From the NCBI RefSeq assembly GCF_000940845.1, contig NZ_CP010341.1:2460001-2492000 (forward strand): a stretch of DNA of 32,000 nucleotides, in the 5' to 3' direction. This document shows positions 7,814 through 16,455 of this stretch, piece by piece; positions within the stretch are counted from its first letter, which is position 1, and the number at the start of each line of letters is the position of its first letter. The DNA is from Propionibacterium freudenreichii subsp. freudenreichii (lineage in GTDB: Bacteria > Actinomycetota > Actinomycetes > Propionibacteriales > Propionibacteriaceae). Below the pieces are notes generated by a model that ran no database searches, was not told where the DNA came from, and was given only the letters and a program-made list of their open reading frames with translations. Position numbers and translations under genes: made by a program.

Positions 7814-7943
7814 GAATTGCCTTCCAGCCATCACTGTCGCATTACCCGTGCGCGACGCCGATGCCGGTTTGCCCGCATCACCACATTCATTGATTCGACG
7901 CGCCCCTGCGCCTTCGATTCACACCCCATTACAGGAATCCTCC

Positions 7944-8945
7944 ATGCACAAAAAGCGACTGTTCCATATTCCGCTGGCATTGCTCAGCGCCCTGCTCCTC
8001 GTGCTCACCTCCGCCTGCTCCGCGTCCACCGACGACGGCTCGGGCACCCGGGCCAATGCGGGTGCCAGCGCCAGCACGCAGCTGCAGACCGTCAAGATCG
8101 GCGCCGTGCCCACGCTCATCCTGGGCTTCCTGCAGGTTGGTGAACAGCAGGGCTACTTCGCCAAGCAGGGCCTCAAGCTCGACATCACCCCGGCCGACAG
8201 CGGACCGAACATCATCTCCAGCCTGGCCGCCGGGCAGTACGACCTGGCCTACACCGCCTACGCCCCCGCGCTCGTGGCGGTGGCCGGTGGGCAGGACCTG
8301 CGGCTGGTCGACCACCTCGACAATGTGTCCGCGGCCGGTCACAACGCCGGGCTGCTGGTGAAGTCCGATTCCCCGATCACCCGCTGGAAGGACCTCGAGG
8401 GCAAGAAGATCGGCGCGAATGCGCCCCGCTCGCAGCTGGTGTTGTGGATCCAGGCGGCCATCAAGGCCGACGGTGGCGACCCGGGCACGTTGCAGATCGT
8501 GCCGCTGCCGCTCAACCAGATCGCCGACAATGTGGCCCAGGGCAAGCTCGACGCCGGCTCGGTGACCGAGCCCTATCTCACCCAGGCCCACAACTCGCCG
8601 GCGCTGCGCGACCTGGGCGACCCCGCCACCGCGGGATTCAGTCAGGGCACCCCGTCGGGTGGCGTGTTCACCAGCGAGAAGACCCTGCAGGCCAAGTCCG
8701 ATGTGATCACCAAGTACCGCGCCGCCTTCGCCCAGACCATCGACTACGCCAACGGCCATGTTGATGAGGTGCGCGCCCAGGGCGCCAAGCTCGTGGGCCT
8801 GTCCGACGCCGCCGCGAAGACGATCACGATCGATCCGATCTCCACCGATGTGAAGGCCCAGGACTTCGGACCCTTCGTGAAGGCCCTCACCGAGCTCGGC
8901 TGGACCAAGACCGACGTCGATATCGAAAGGTTCCTGTCGCGATGA
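7944..8945 (+). CDS. ABC transporter substrate-binding lipoprotein, NitT/TauT (SsuA/TauA/NMT1-like) family
   Basis: ATG at 7944 is preceded by AGGAA. Signal peptide with a lipobox (LLLVLTSAC). NMT1/SsuA-like body. The ORF-track start at 7740 is an upstream read-through with no RBS. Confidence 0.85.
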   Translation: MHKKRLFHIPLALLSALLLVLTSACSASTDDGSGTRANAGASASTQLQTVKIGAVPTLILGFLQVGEQQGYFAKQGLKLDITPADSGPNIISSLAAGQYDLAYTAYAPALVAVAGGQDLRLVDHLDNVSAAGHNAGLLVKSDSPITRWKDLEGKKIGANAPRSQLVLWIQAAIKADGGDPGTLQIVPLPLNQIADNVAQGKLDAGSVTEPYLTQAHNSPALRDLGDPATAGFSQGTPSGGVFTSEKTLQAKSDVITKYRAAFAQTIDYANGHVDEVRAQGAKLVGLSDAAAKTITIDPISTDVKAQDFGPFVKALTELGWTKTDVDIERFLSR

Positions 8946-9949
8946 GCAGCCAAGTGACAACGCGCGCGCTGACCCCCGTGGAGGGCGAGTTGCTCGGTGA
9001 GCTGGCCGATCCGGGCTCTCCGGGAGCCTCCCGGGCCGCGGCCTCCCGCCCCGGGGCCACCACGGAAGGGGACGCATCGGCCGGGACGACCGCATCCTCC
9101 GACGTCCCTCCTCGACGCACCGGCATCCGCGCCCTGCTCGACGGCGGGCCCCGCGGGTTCATCCGCGGCCTGACAAGGCCGGGAGCCCTGGGTCGGCATC
9201 GGGCACTCATACTCGGGACGGCCGGTATCGTCGCCCTCGGCGCGGTCTGGCAGACCGCGGTGGGGCTGCGCATCCTCAACCCCGAGATCGTGCCCGGGGT
9301 TGGCGCCACACTGGCCGAGCTGGTGCGGCTGGTGGGCCTACCGGGCTTCTATGTGACCCTGGGCCAGACGCTGCTCTCCGCGGGCGTCGGCCTGGTGCTG
9401 GCCCTGGTGATCGCCGTGCCCGTGGGGCTCGCCCTGGCGAGCAGCGCGTGGTTGCGTCGCCTGCTCAACGCCACCATCGACGCCCTGCGCCCGATTCCCC
9501 CGATCGTGCTGCTGCCGCTGGCGATCCTCGCGATCGGCGGCGGGCTCGGCTTCAAGGTGACGCTGGTGTTGCAGGGGGCCCTGTGGCCCCTGCTGTTGCA
9601 GACCAGCTATGGCCTGCGCGCGGTGGACCCATTGCAGACCGACGTGGCCGCCAGCTTCCGCATCGACCCGCTGCGTCGCCTGTTCCTGTTCCGCATCCCT
9701 GCCGCCGCGCCGGTGATCTTCAGCGGGCTGCGCCTGGCCGCGAGCACTGCGTTCGGGGTGTCGGTGATGACCGAGCTGGTGGGGGGCGAGCGGGGCCTGG
9801 GGTCGATCCTGGCCATCGCGCAGAGCGGCAACAACGTGCCCCGCGTCTACGCGATCACCATCATCACCGGCCTGGTGGGACTGGCGATCGCCTTCTTCTT
9901 CGGACGCCTGGAGCGGCTGCTCCTGCCTTGGCAGGAGGCCACCCGATGA
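8942..9949 (+). CDS. ABC transporter permease (SsuC/TauC-like) with a ~90-aa low-complexity N-terminal extension
   Basis: ATGA overlap with the SBP stop. Multiple TM segments and an EAA-type loop (RIPAAAPVIFSGLRLAASTAFGVSVMTELVG). Confidence 0.85.
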   Translation: MSSQVTTRALTPVEGELLGELADPGSPGASRAAASRPGATTEGDASAGTTASSDVPPRRTGIRALLDGGPRGFIRGLTRPGALGRHRALILGTAGIVALGAVWQTAVGLRILNPEIVPGVGATLAELVRLVGLPGFYVTLGQTLLSAGVGLVLALVIAVPVGLALASSAWLRRLLNATIDALRPIPPIVLLPLAILAIGGGLGFKVTLVLQGALWPLLLQTSYGLRAVDPLQTDVAASFRIDPLRRLFLFRIPAAAPVIFSGLRLAASTAFGVSVMTELVGGERGLGSILAIAQSGNNVPRVYAITIITGLVGLAIAFFFGRLERLLLPWQEATR

Positions 9950-10767
9950 GCGCGACACTCGCCGGCCGTCTCACGACGCCGCTGGTGCCGGTGGCCGACC
10001 GCCGCTGGGCCCGCTACCTCGTTCCCGTGCTGGTGCCGGCGCTGTTGGTGGCCATCTACCAGCTGATCAGTGGGTCAAGCCCCTACCTGCCCGGTATCGG
10101 CGAGATCGCCGCCGCCAGTCGCCAGATGTGGACCGGTGCCGGGTTCAGCGCCAATGTGGTGCCGAGCCTCACCAACCTCGCGGTGGGATACCTGGCCGGG
10201 CTGGTGCTCGGACTGGCCGTGGGCGTCGCCCTGGGTCGCGCGGTGGTGCTGCGCGAGCTGCTGGCCCCGGTGATCGCCTTCGGGCTCAACCTGCCCGGCG
10301 TCGCCATGCTGCCGGTGTTCCTGATCGCCTTCGGCATCGGGCCGCGCATGCAGCAGGGCGTGATCGCCTTCGCGGTGTTCTTCGTGGTGGTGATCAACAC
10401 CACCGCCGGCGTGCGCAACACCGATCCGCTGCTGGTCGACATGGCGCGGGTCTACCGGCTGCCGCGCTGGCGTCGGATCTGTCAGGTGATCCTGCCCGCC
10501 GCCTCGGTGTCGGTGCTTGCCGGCGCCCGGGTGGGGCTGTCCGCGGCCCTGCTCTTGATGGTGGTCGGCGAGATGGTGGGCGCGTCGAACGGAATCGGCG
10601 CACAAACCCTGCTCGCCCAACAGAACTTCGACTACGCGCAGATGTGGGCCGGCATCGTGCTGCTCGCTGCGCTGGGCATCGTGCTCAATCTCGGCTTCCT
10701 TGCTGCGGAACGCCGACTCACACATCGTCTGCGGCTACCGGCCGCGAACCTGCAGGAGACATCATGA
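9946..10767 (+). CDS. ABC transporter permease (second SsuC/TauC-like subunit)
   Basis: ATG at 9946 overlaps the upstream stop (ATGA). Begins MSATLAGRL. EAA-type loop (VILPAASVSVLAGARVGLSAALLLMVVGEMVGA). Confidence 0.85.
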   Translation: MSATLAGRLTTPLVPVADRRWARYLVPVLVPALLVAIYQLISGSSPYLPGIGEIAAASRQMWTGAGFSANVVPSLTNLAVGYLAGLVLGLAVGVALGRAVVLRELLAPVIAFGLNLPGVAMLPVFLIAFGIGPRMQQGVIAFAVFFVVVINTTAGVRNTDPLLVDMARVYRLPRWRRICQVILPAASVSVLAGARVGLSAALLLMVVGEMVGASNGIGAQTLLAQQNFDYAQMWAGIVLLAALGIVLNLGFLAAERRLTHRLRLPAANLQETS

Positions 10768-11558
10768 CCGAACCCATTGTGAAGGTTCAGGGAATCAAGA
10801 AGACCTATATATCCGACAAGGGCGACCACATTGCCCTGGCCGGCGTCGACTTCGACGTGGCACGCGGCGAGGTGGTGTCGATCGTCGGGCCCTCGGGCGC
10901 CGGCAAGACCACCGTGCTGCGCATCATCGCCGGGCTGTTGAGCCCGAGCGCCGGACGCGTGGAGGTGGCCGGCCAACCGGTGTCGGGGCAACCGCCCGAG
11001 CAGGTGGGGCTGGTGTTCCAGGACTACGGACGCTCGCTGCTGCCGTGGCTGTCGATCACCGGCGACGTGGCGCTGCCGTTGCGCTCCAAGGGCGTCGACC
11101 GGGCCGGTGCCCGCACGCTGGCACTCGGTGCCCTGGACGCGGTGGGACTCGCCGGCCGCGGCAAGGCACATCCCCGCGAACTGTCGGGCGGCATGCAACA
11201 GCGCGTCGCGATTGCCCGGGCGCTCGCCTATGAGCCGCAGCTGCTGTTGATGGACGAGCCCTTCGCCTCCGTGGACGCCCAGACCCGCATGGACCTGGAG
11301 GACCTGGTGCTGCCCCTGCGCGACCAGTTCGGCATCACGGTGGTGATCGTCACCCACGACGTGGACGAGGCGGTGTACCTCAGCGACCGGGTGATCGTGC
11401 TGACGCCGCCCCCGTCGGTGGTGAGCCGCATCGTGGAGGTCGACCTGCCCAAGCCCCGCGACCAGCAGCGCACGAAGGATGATGTGCGCTTCGCGCGGCT
11501 GCGCGGCGAGGTGCTCGACCTGGTGCGTGGACGCGAGCCGGAAGCGCGGGCGGCATGA
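10764..11558 (+). CDS. ABC transporter ATP-binding protein (SsuB/TauB-like)
   Basis: ATG at 10764 overlaps the upstream stop. Walker A GPSGAGKTT, signature LSGGMQQRVAIARAL and Walker B LLLMDEPF. Confidence 0.9.
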   Translation: MTEPIVKVQGIKKTYISDKGDHIALAGVDFDVARGEVVSIVGPSGAGKTTVLRIIAGLLSPSAGRVEVAGQPVSGQPPEQVGLVFQDYGRSLLPWLSITGDVALPLRSKGVDRAGARTLALGALDAVGLAGRGKAHPRELSGGMQQRVAIARALAYEPQLLLMDEPFASVDAQTRMDLEDLVLPLRDQFGITVVIVTHDVDEAVYLSDRVIVLTPPPSVVSRIVEVDLPKPRDQQRTKDDVRFARLRGEVLDLVRGREPEARAA

Positions 11559-13216
11559 GCGCGCCGAGCCGGAATCCGACGGAGCCACACCCGGTGACGC
11601 AGGGTCCGCGAGCACAGGACCCGGTGACCCCGGTCCCGGGAGCACAGGACCCGCGAGCACAGGGCCCGGCGACACAGGACCCGCCCCCGACGGCACTGTT
11701 CGACCGCCGCACCCGCGACGCGGCCGCGGAGCGTCCCTTCCGGGGATCGGGCCGCACGGCGGGGCGTCCGAACATCGTGTTCATTCTGGCCGACGACCTG
11801 GGCTGGGGCGACCTGGGGTGCTTCGGGTCGTTGCACAACCGGACGCCCTCGCTCGACGCCCTGGCGTCGCAGGGGCTGCGCTTCACCCACGGCTATGCCA
11901 CCTCAGCCACCTGCTCACCCACCCGGCTGGGCCTGTACACCGGGCGCTATCCGGGACGGTTGACCGCGGGCCTCGAGGAGCCGCTGGGCACCCGCGACGA
12001 GCACCACGGCATCCCGGCCGACCACCCGACCCTGCCGTCCCTGCTGGTTGACGTGGGCTATCGCACCGCGATGATCGGCAAGTGGCATTGCGGATGGCTG
12101 CCCTGGTTCAGCCCGTTGAAGGCCGGCTTCCAGACCTTCTACGGCAACCTCGACGGCGCCGTGGACTATTTCGGCCACTTCGACACCTCGGGCCAGCCCG
12201 ACCTGTGGGACGGCGAGGAGCCGGTGACCGAGCAGGGCTACTACACCGAGATCATCGGACGCCATGCCGCGGCCTATATCCGCGAGGCGGGCGATGACCC
12301 CTTCTACCTGCAGGTGAACTTCACCGGTGCCCACTGGCCGTGGGAGGGCCCCGACGACGAGGAGCTGTCGCGCCACATTGCCGACGAGCCGGCCGACACG
12401 CATGAGGAATCGCTCAGGCGGTTGTTCCATGCCGATGGCGGTTCGCTGGCCAAGTACGGCGAGATGGTTGCCGCGCTGGATGCGTCGATCGGCGAGGTGT
12501 TGGCGGCCCTGGACGCCAAGGGGATGCGCGACAACACGATCGTGGTGTTCGCCTCCGACAACGGCGGCGAGCGCTGGGCGTTCATGTGGCCCTTCGTCGG
12601 CGAGAAGGGCGACCTGGAGGAGGGCGGCATCCGCGTGCCGTTGATCGTGCGCTGGCCGGCGGTGATCGATGCCGGGCAGGTGAGCGACCTGCCCAATGCC
12701 ACCTTCGACTGGACCGCCACCCTGCTTGACGCGGCGGGTGCGACGCCCGATGCGGACCATCCATTGGACGGCACCTCGTTGCTGGGGTGGCTCACCGGCA
12801 CCCAGGGTGCGCCGCAGCGTGACCTGTTGTGGCGCACCCGCGAGCAGGGCGCGGTCAGGCGCGGCCACTACAAGCTGCTGGTCGACCGACACGGGCATTC
12901 CGTGTGGCACAACCTGTTCGGCACCGATGGGCGCCCCAGCTACCGACTGTTCGACCTGTCGGCCGATGGACGCGAGAAGGCCGATGTGGCCGATCAGCGT
13001 CCCGGGTTGGTGGCCGAGTTGAAGGCCGTGTGGCGCAGCTTCGACGAGGAGCTGTTGCCCTATCCGGACGCGTCGGCCTGGGATGCGTCAGCGGATGGTG
13101 CGTCATCCCGGGGCGCGTCCACATCCGGCCGATCAACACCCGGCCAATCAACACTGGGCCGATCAACACCGGGCCGATCAACGACAGGGGGTCAGTGTCC
13201 GGGGCTTCCCGACTGA
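11555..13216 (+). CDS. Cys-type (formylglycine) sulfatase / arylsulfatase, apparently cytoplasmic
   Basis: ATGA overlap with the ATPase stop. Sulfatase N-terminal block NIVFILADDLGWGDLGCFG and the FGly motif CSPTRLGLYTGRYP. No hydrophobic signal or lipobox. Low-complexity repeat tails at both ends. Confidence 0.9.
   Translation: MSAPSRNPTEPHPVTQGPRAQDPVTPVPGAQDPRAQGPATQDPPPTALFDRRTRDAAAERPFRGSGRTAGRPNIVFILADDLGWGDLGCFGSLHNRTPSLDALASQGLRFTHGYATSATCSPTRLGLYTGRYPGRLTAGLEEPLGTRDEHHGIPADHPTLPSLLVDVGYRTAMIGKWHCGWLPWFSPLKAGFQTFYGNLDGAVDYFGHFDTSGQPDLWDGEEPVTEQGYYTEIIGRHAAAYIREAGDDPFYLQVNFTGAHWPWEGPDDEELSRHIADEPADTHEESLRRLFHADGGSLAKYGEMVAALDASIGEVLAALDAKGMRDNTIVVFASDNGGERWAFMWPFVGEKGDLEEGGIRVPLIVRWPAVIDAGQVSDLPNATFDWTATLLDAAGATPDADHPLDGTSLLGWLTGTQGAPQRDLLWRTREQGAVRRGHYKLLVDRHGHSVWHNLFGTDGRPSYRLFDLSADGREKADVADQRPGLVAELKAVWRSFDEELLPYPDASAWDASADGASSRGASTSGRSTPGQSTLGRSTPGRSTTGGQCPGLPD
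13127..13186. repeat. In-frame 15-bp tandem repeat x4 at the sulfatase 3' end
   Basis: Units GGCCGATCAACACCC, GGCCAATCAACACTG, GGCCGATCAACACCG and GGCCGATCAACGACA encode GRSTP/GQSTL/GRSTP/GRSTT. Confidence 0.9.
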
Positions 13217-13292
13217 GCAACGCAGCCAGCGTTGCCGCAGCAGCAGCACCGTCACAAGACACTCACACACAAGACCCTGAAGGAACAGACCA

Positions 13293-15311
13293 ATGACCGA
13301 GATTGATATTCATACCCACACCGCCCTGTCAGATGCCGAGGCCGTGGTGCGCCATGCCGATGGTGGGCTGGACGACGCCACGAAGCCGGCCACCGGTTTC
13401 ACGCGCCAGCTCAATGCGGGCGTGGCCGAGCGGCTGGGAATCGACCTGGACGACGCCTCGAACTCCGAATATGAGGTGGCCCGCGCACACCTGGTACGTC
13501 CGGCTGACACGCTGGAGATCCTGGACGACCAGGGGCGACAGGTGTGGAATGTGCGCAAGTTCGATTTCCTGAAAGATCCGCAAGTTCCCGCGACGGTGAA
13601 TCCGAGCCTGTGGGTACATGCGAAGTCTGATCGACTGGCCGGATTGTTCGAGGTGGTTCCCGACACGATCTACCAGGTGCGCGGATTCGATATCTCCAAT
13701 CTGACGCTGGTGAAGTCGAAGACCGGGTGGATCGTGCTTGACGTGCTCACCACCACCGAAACGGAGCGCGCCGCGCTGAAGTTTGCCGAGGAGGGATTGA
13801 ACGCCGATATTGCGAACAACATCCGGGCAATCCTGATCAGCCATTCGCATGCCGATCACTTCGGGGGCATCGAGGGCATCATCGCGTCGGAGCGCATCGG
13901 GCGCACCGAGGACGGGCTGGTGCCGATCTATGCACCGGCGGGCTTCCTGGAGGAGGCCGTCAGCGAGAACGTCTATGCCGGAACGGCCATGTCAAGGCGC
14001 TCCGACTACCAGTTCGGCACTGCTGCTGCGGCGCGGGCCCATCAGGGATCGCTGCCGGGGTTGTCGCAGATCACGCCGAAGGGCACGGTGAACCTGCCGC
14101 GTCCCACCCATGTGATCGAGCACGATCAGACGATCGTGCTCGACGGGGTGGAGGTGTTCTTCCAGTTAACCCCCGGCACCGAGGCGCCGGCCGAGATGAA
14201 CAACTACTTCCCGCAATTCCGGGCGCTGTGGTTGGCCGACAACACCCTGGCCACCCTGCACAACCTGTATCCGATTCGTGGGGCGCAGGTGCGCGACGCG
14301 AAGGCGTGGGTGAACTACATCCTCGACCTGGTGCATCGTTTCGGGGCGCAGGCCACGGTGGCGTTCCAGGCCCATGAGTGGCCCCACGAGAACACCGCCG
14401 AGCAGCCGAATGCGGTGCGTGAATACCTGTTGAACACGGCGGCGGTGTACAAGTACATCCACGACCAGACCCTGCACCTTGCCAATCAGGGATATACCGC
14501 CGATGAGATCGGGCGGCGCATCGAGGTGCCGGATCAGCTGTTGAAGCATTGGTACATCCGGCCCTATTACGGTTCGGTGGAGATCAATGCCCATGCGGTG
14601 TACAACCGCTACCTGGGGTATTTCAATGGGAATCCGATCAACTTGTTCCCGTTGGCCGAGGAGCAGTTTGCCCGCAAGTTCGTGGAATATGGGGGCTCAG
14701 CCGATCGGGTGCTCCAGCGGGCGCAGGCCGATTTCGATGCCGGCGACTACCAGTGGGCGGCCTATGCGGCCAACCAGGTGGTGTTCACCGATCCGGACAA
14801 TCAGCGCGCTCGTTACCTGGCGGCTGACGCCCTGGAGCAGTTGGGCTACCAGTCGGAGCCGTCGATCTGGCGCAATGCCTATCTGCAGGGAGCCGAGGAG
14901 TTGCGTCACGGCGTGGACAGCTCCCAGCAGCTGATCGGCAACAAGGGGGCACTGCTCAGTCACGTGTCGGTGGAGTCGGTGCTGGACTACCTGGCGATCT
15001 CGTTGGACGGCCAGAAGGCGGCCAGTGACGACTTCGAGCTCGAGCTGACGGTGGAGCATCCCGATACCGGGCAGGACGCGGAGAGCTATCTGCTCTACCT
15101 GCGCGGTGGGGCGCTGCTGTATCACCGCATCGAGGGTTCGGACGGCACGCGTCCCCATGCCACCCTGCTGCGGTCCCAGCTCGGTGCGCTGATTGCCGGC
15201 CGTCCGGTGCCGGTGGGCATTGAGCGCGACGCCCACGACCTACTGGGACGCCTGCAGGGCTATCTGGTGAACCTGGCCGCTTCCTCGCGGTTCAACATCA
15301 TCGAGCCGTAG
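13293..15311 (+). CDS. Metallo-beta-lactamase-fold alkyl/aryl-sulfatase (SdsA1/YjcS/BDS1 type)
   Basis: 672 aa with the MBL motif ILISHSHADHFGG. The length and C-terminal part fit an alkylsulfatase dimerisation plus SCP2-like architecture. RBS GAAGGA upstream. No signal peptide. Confidence 0.88.
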   Translation: MTEIDIHTHTALSDAEAVVRHADGGLDDATKPATGFTRQLNAGVAERLGIDLDDASNSEYEVARAHLVRPADTLEILDDQGRQVWNVRKFDFLKDPQVPATVNPSLWVHAKSDRLAGLFEVVPDTIYQVRGFDISNLTLVKSKTGWIVLDVLTTTETERAALKFAEEGLNADIANNIRAILISHSHADHFGGIEGIIASERIGRTEDGLVPIYAPAGFLEEAVSENVYAGTAMSRRSDYQFGTAAAARAHQGSLPGLSQITPKGTVNLPRPTHVIEHDQTIVLDGVEVFFQLTPGTEAPAEMNNYFPQFRALWLADNTLATLHNLYPIRGAQVRDAKAWVNYILDLVHRFGAQATVAFQAHEWPHENTAEQPNAVREYLLNTAAVYKYIHDQTLHLANQGYTADEIGRRIEVPDQLLKHWYIRPYYGSVEINAHAVYNRYLGYFNGNPINLFPLAEEQFARKFVEYGGSADRVLQRAQADFDAGDYQWAAYAANQVVFTDPDNQRARYLAADALEQLGYQSEPSIWRNAYLQGAEELRHGVDSSQQLIGNKGALLSHVSVESVLDYLAISLDGQKAASDDFELELTVEHPDTGQDAESYLLYLRGGALLYHRIEGSDGTRPHATLLRSQLGALIAGRPVPVGIERDAHDLLGRLQGYLVNLAASSRFNIIEP

Positions 15312-15334
15312 CACCGCCCGCCGCCTGCTCTCCG

Positions 15335-15374
15335 CTCCACCTTCAGCGCCCCGCGCCCCGCGCTGACGGTGGAG
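15335..15374 (+). terminator. Hairpin downstream of the alkylsulfatase gene
   Basis: CTCCACCTTCAGCG (15335-15348) pairs with CGCTGACGGTGGAG (15361-15374), giving a 14-bp stem with one mismatch. Confidence 0.5.
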
Positions 15375-15388
15375 GCCCCACGGGCGGG

Positions 15389-15431
15389 GCCCCGGGATCC
15401 GGAGTCACACAACCTCGGGTCCCGGGGCTTT
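15389..15431 (+). terminator. Second hairpin followed by TTT
   Basis: GCCCCGGGATCCGG (15389-15402) pairs with TCGGGTCCCGGGGC (15415-15428) including two G-U pairs. TTT follows at 15429-15431. Confidence 0.5.
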
Positions 15432-15451
15432 CGGGCGCGTGGGGGGCTCCC

Positions 15452-15487
15452 GGGACCACCGGGACCACCGGACCCACCGGAACCACT
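15452..15487. repeat. 9-bp tandem repeat x4
   Basis: Units GGGACCACC, GGGACCACC, GGACCCACC and GGAACCACT. Confidence 0.85.
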
Positions 15488-15914
15488 GGGCGTGCCCGGA
15501 CTTCGGGCCCGCGGACCGCGAGGATGGCGGCAACTGGAAAGCGGCAGCTTCGGTGCTCGCCGGTGCTGTCGTGTCGGGCTCCCAGTCCCGACGCCTGAAC
15601 CGGCACCACCATCGGGGCAGACCCCCATACCTTCGCGCCGGAGAATGCGTACGCCGCACCCATTTTTTACATGGTGCCGCGATGGGACAGTCCCAAACGG
15701 ACACGGTGGTGTTCGTTTCGTACCGAAGGACACCATCTCGGCGAAGCACGCGCCCGAGTGCGTCACGAATGGACGTCCACAAGGCACAGCGTGGACGTCC
15801 GCCGCGTACGCAATGGACCGAATAAGTGTGACGTACGCACTTCCCGAAGGGATGAATGCCCCGGATCGGGCCTGCGGGCGCGAAGTGGATCGTGCCCGGG
15901 AGCACGGACCAAAC

Positions 15915-15999
15915 GGGCCGCCGGAGACAAATGGGCCCGTCGGAGACAAGCTGGGTCGTCGAAGACAAAGGGGGCCGTCGGAGACAAGCTGGGCCGTCC
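15915..15999. repeat. 18-20-bp tandem repeat, ~4.5 copies (GGGCCGTCGGAGACAAGCT)
   Basis: Unit starts at 15915, 15933, 15953 and 15972, with a partial unit at 15991. The array lies ~110 nt upstream of the antitoxin start. Confidence 0.85.
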
Positions 16000-16110
16000 C
16001 CGGGGGCACACACCGGATGGCGCTGCGACCGCATGTGGACAACGCCCCGCGTCCATCCCCAGACGGCACGCGCGGCGAGAATCCGCGATGTTCCAACACA
16101 CACTGTGGGC

Positions 16111-16422
16111 ATGCCAGTAACCGTGAGAAACATCACCACCCGCGAGTTCCGCGACAACCTGTCGGAGCAGCTCAGCCGCGCCGCCTACTCGGGCGACCGC
16201 ATCCAGATCCTGCGCAATGGGCAGCCCATCGCCATGGTCGTGTCGATGGACGACGCCGAGGAGCTCAGGGAGCTCGATTACTACAAGGACGCCGCCGATT
16301 ACCGCCGCGCCGTGGCCGAACGCAATGGCGACCCCTTGGCCATGCCCACCCGCAACGACGTGATCGTCGCGGATGGCGCCAGCGCCCGGAACGACCTCGC
16401 CAGGCGGTTGGGGTTCGAATGA
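16111..16422 (+). CDS. Phd/YefM-family type II antitoxin, solitary
   Basis: MPVTVRNITTREFRDNLSEQLSRAAYSGDRIQILRNGQPIAMVVSMDDAEELREL matches the Phd/YefM N-terminal fold pattern. The ATG at 16111 is in frame with track ORF 15856..16422. No toxin ORF is visible on either side. Confidence 0.65.
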   Translation: MPVTVRNITTREFRDNLSEQLSRAAYSGDRIQILRNGQPIAMVVSMDDAEELRELDYYKDAADYRRAVAERNGDPLAMPTRNDVIVADGASARNDLARRLGFE

Positions 16423-16455
16423 GACCCGACATCGCGCGCCACCCCCGTGCGACGA

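Noticed and set aside
7740-7943. N-terminal extensions of track ORFs (7740 for the SBP, 9448 for permease 2, 10128 for the ATPase, 21393 for the TIM barrel, 19199 for IolE-like, 28437 for SIP, 19457 for TauE, 17898 for the MFS).
   Set aside because: In each case an internal start has an RBS and/or an ATGA overlap and begins the recognisable domain (for example the lipoprotein signal at 7944). The upstream parts are read-through of intergenic DNA or the preceding gene.
11600-11660. Possible Tat signal in the arylsulfatase N-terminus (FDRRTRDAAA).
   Set aside because: The twin-arginine is not followed by a hydrophobic h-region or an AxA cleavage site, and the surrounding sequence is charged and low-complexity.
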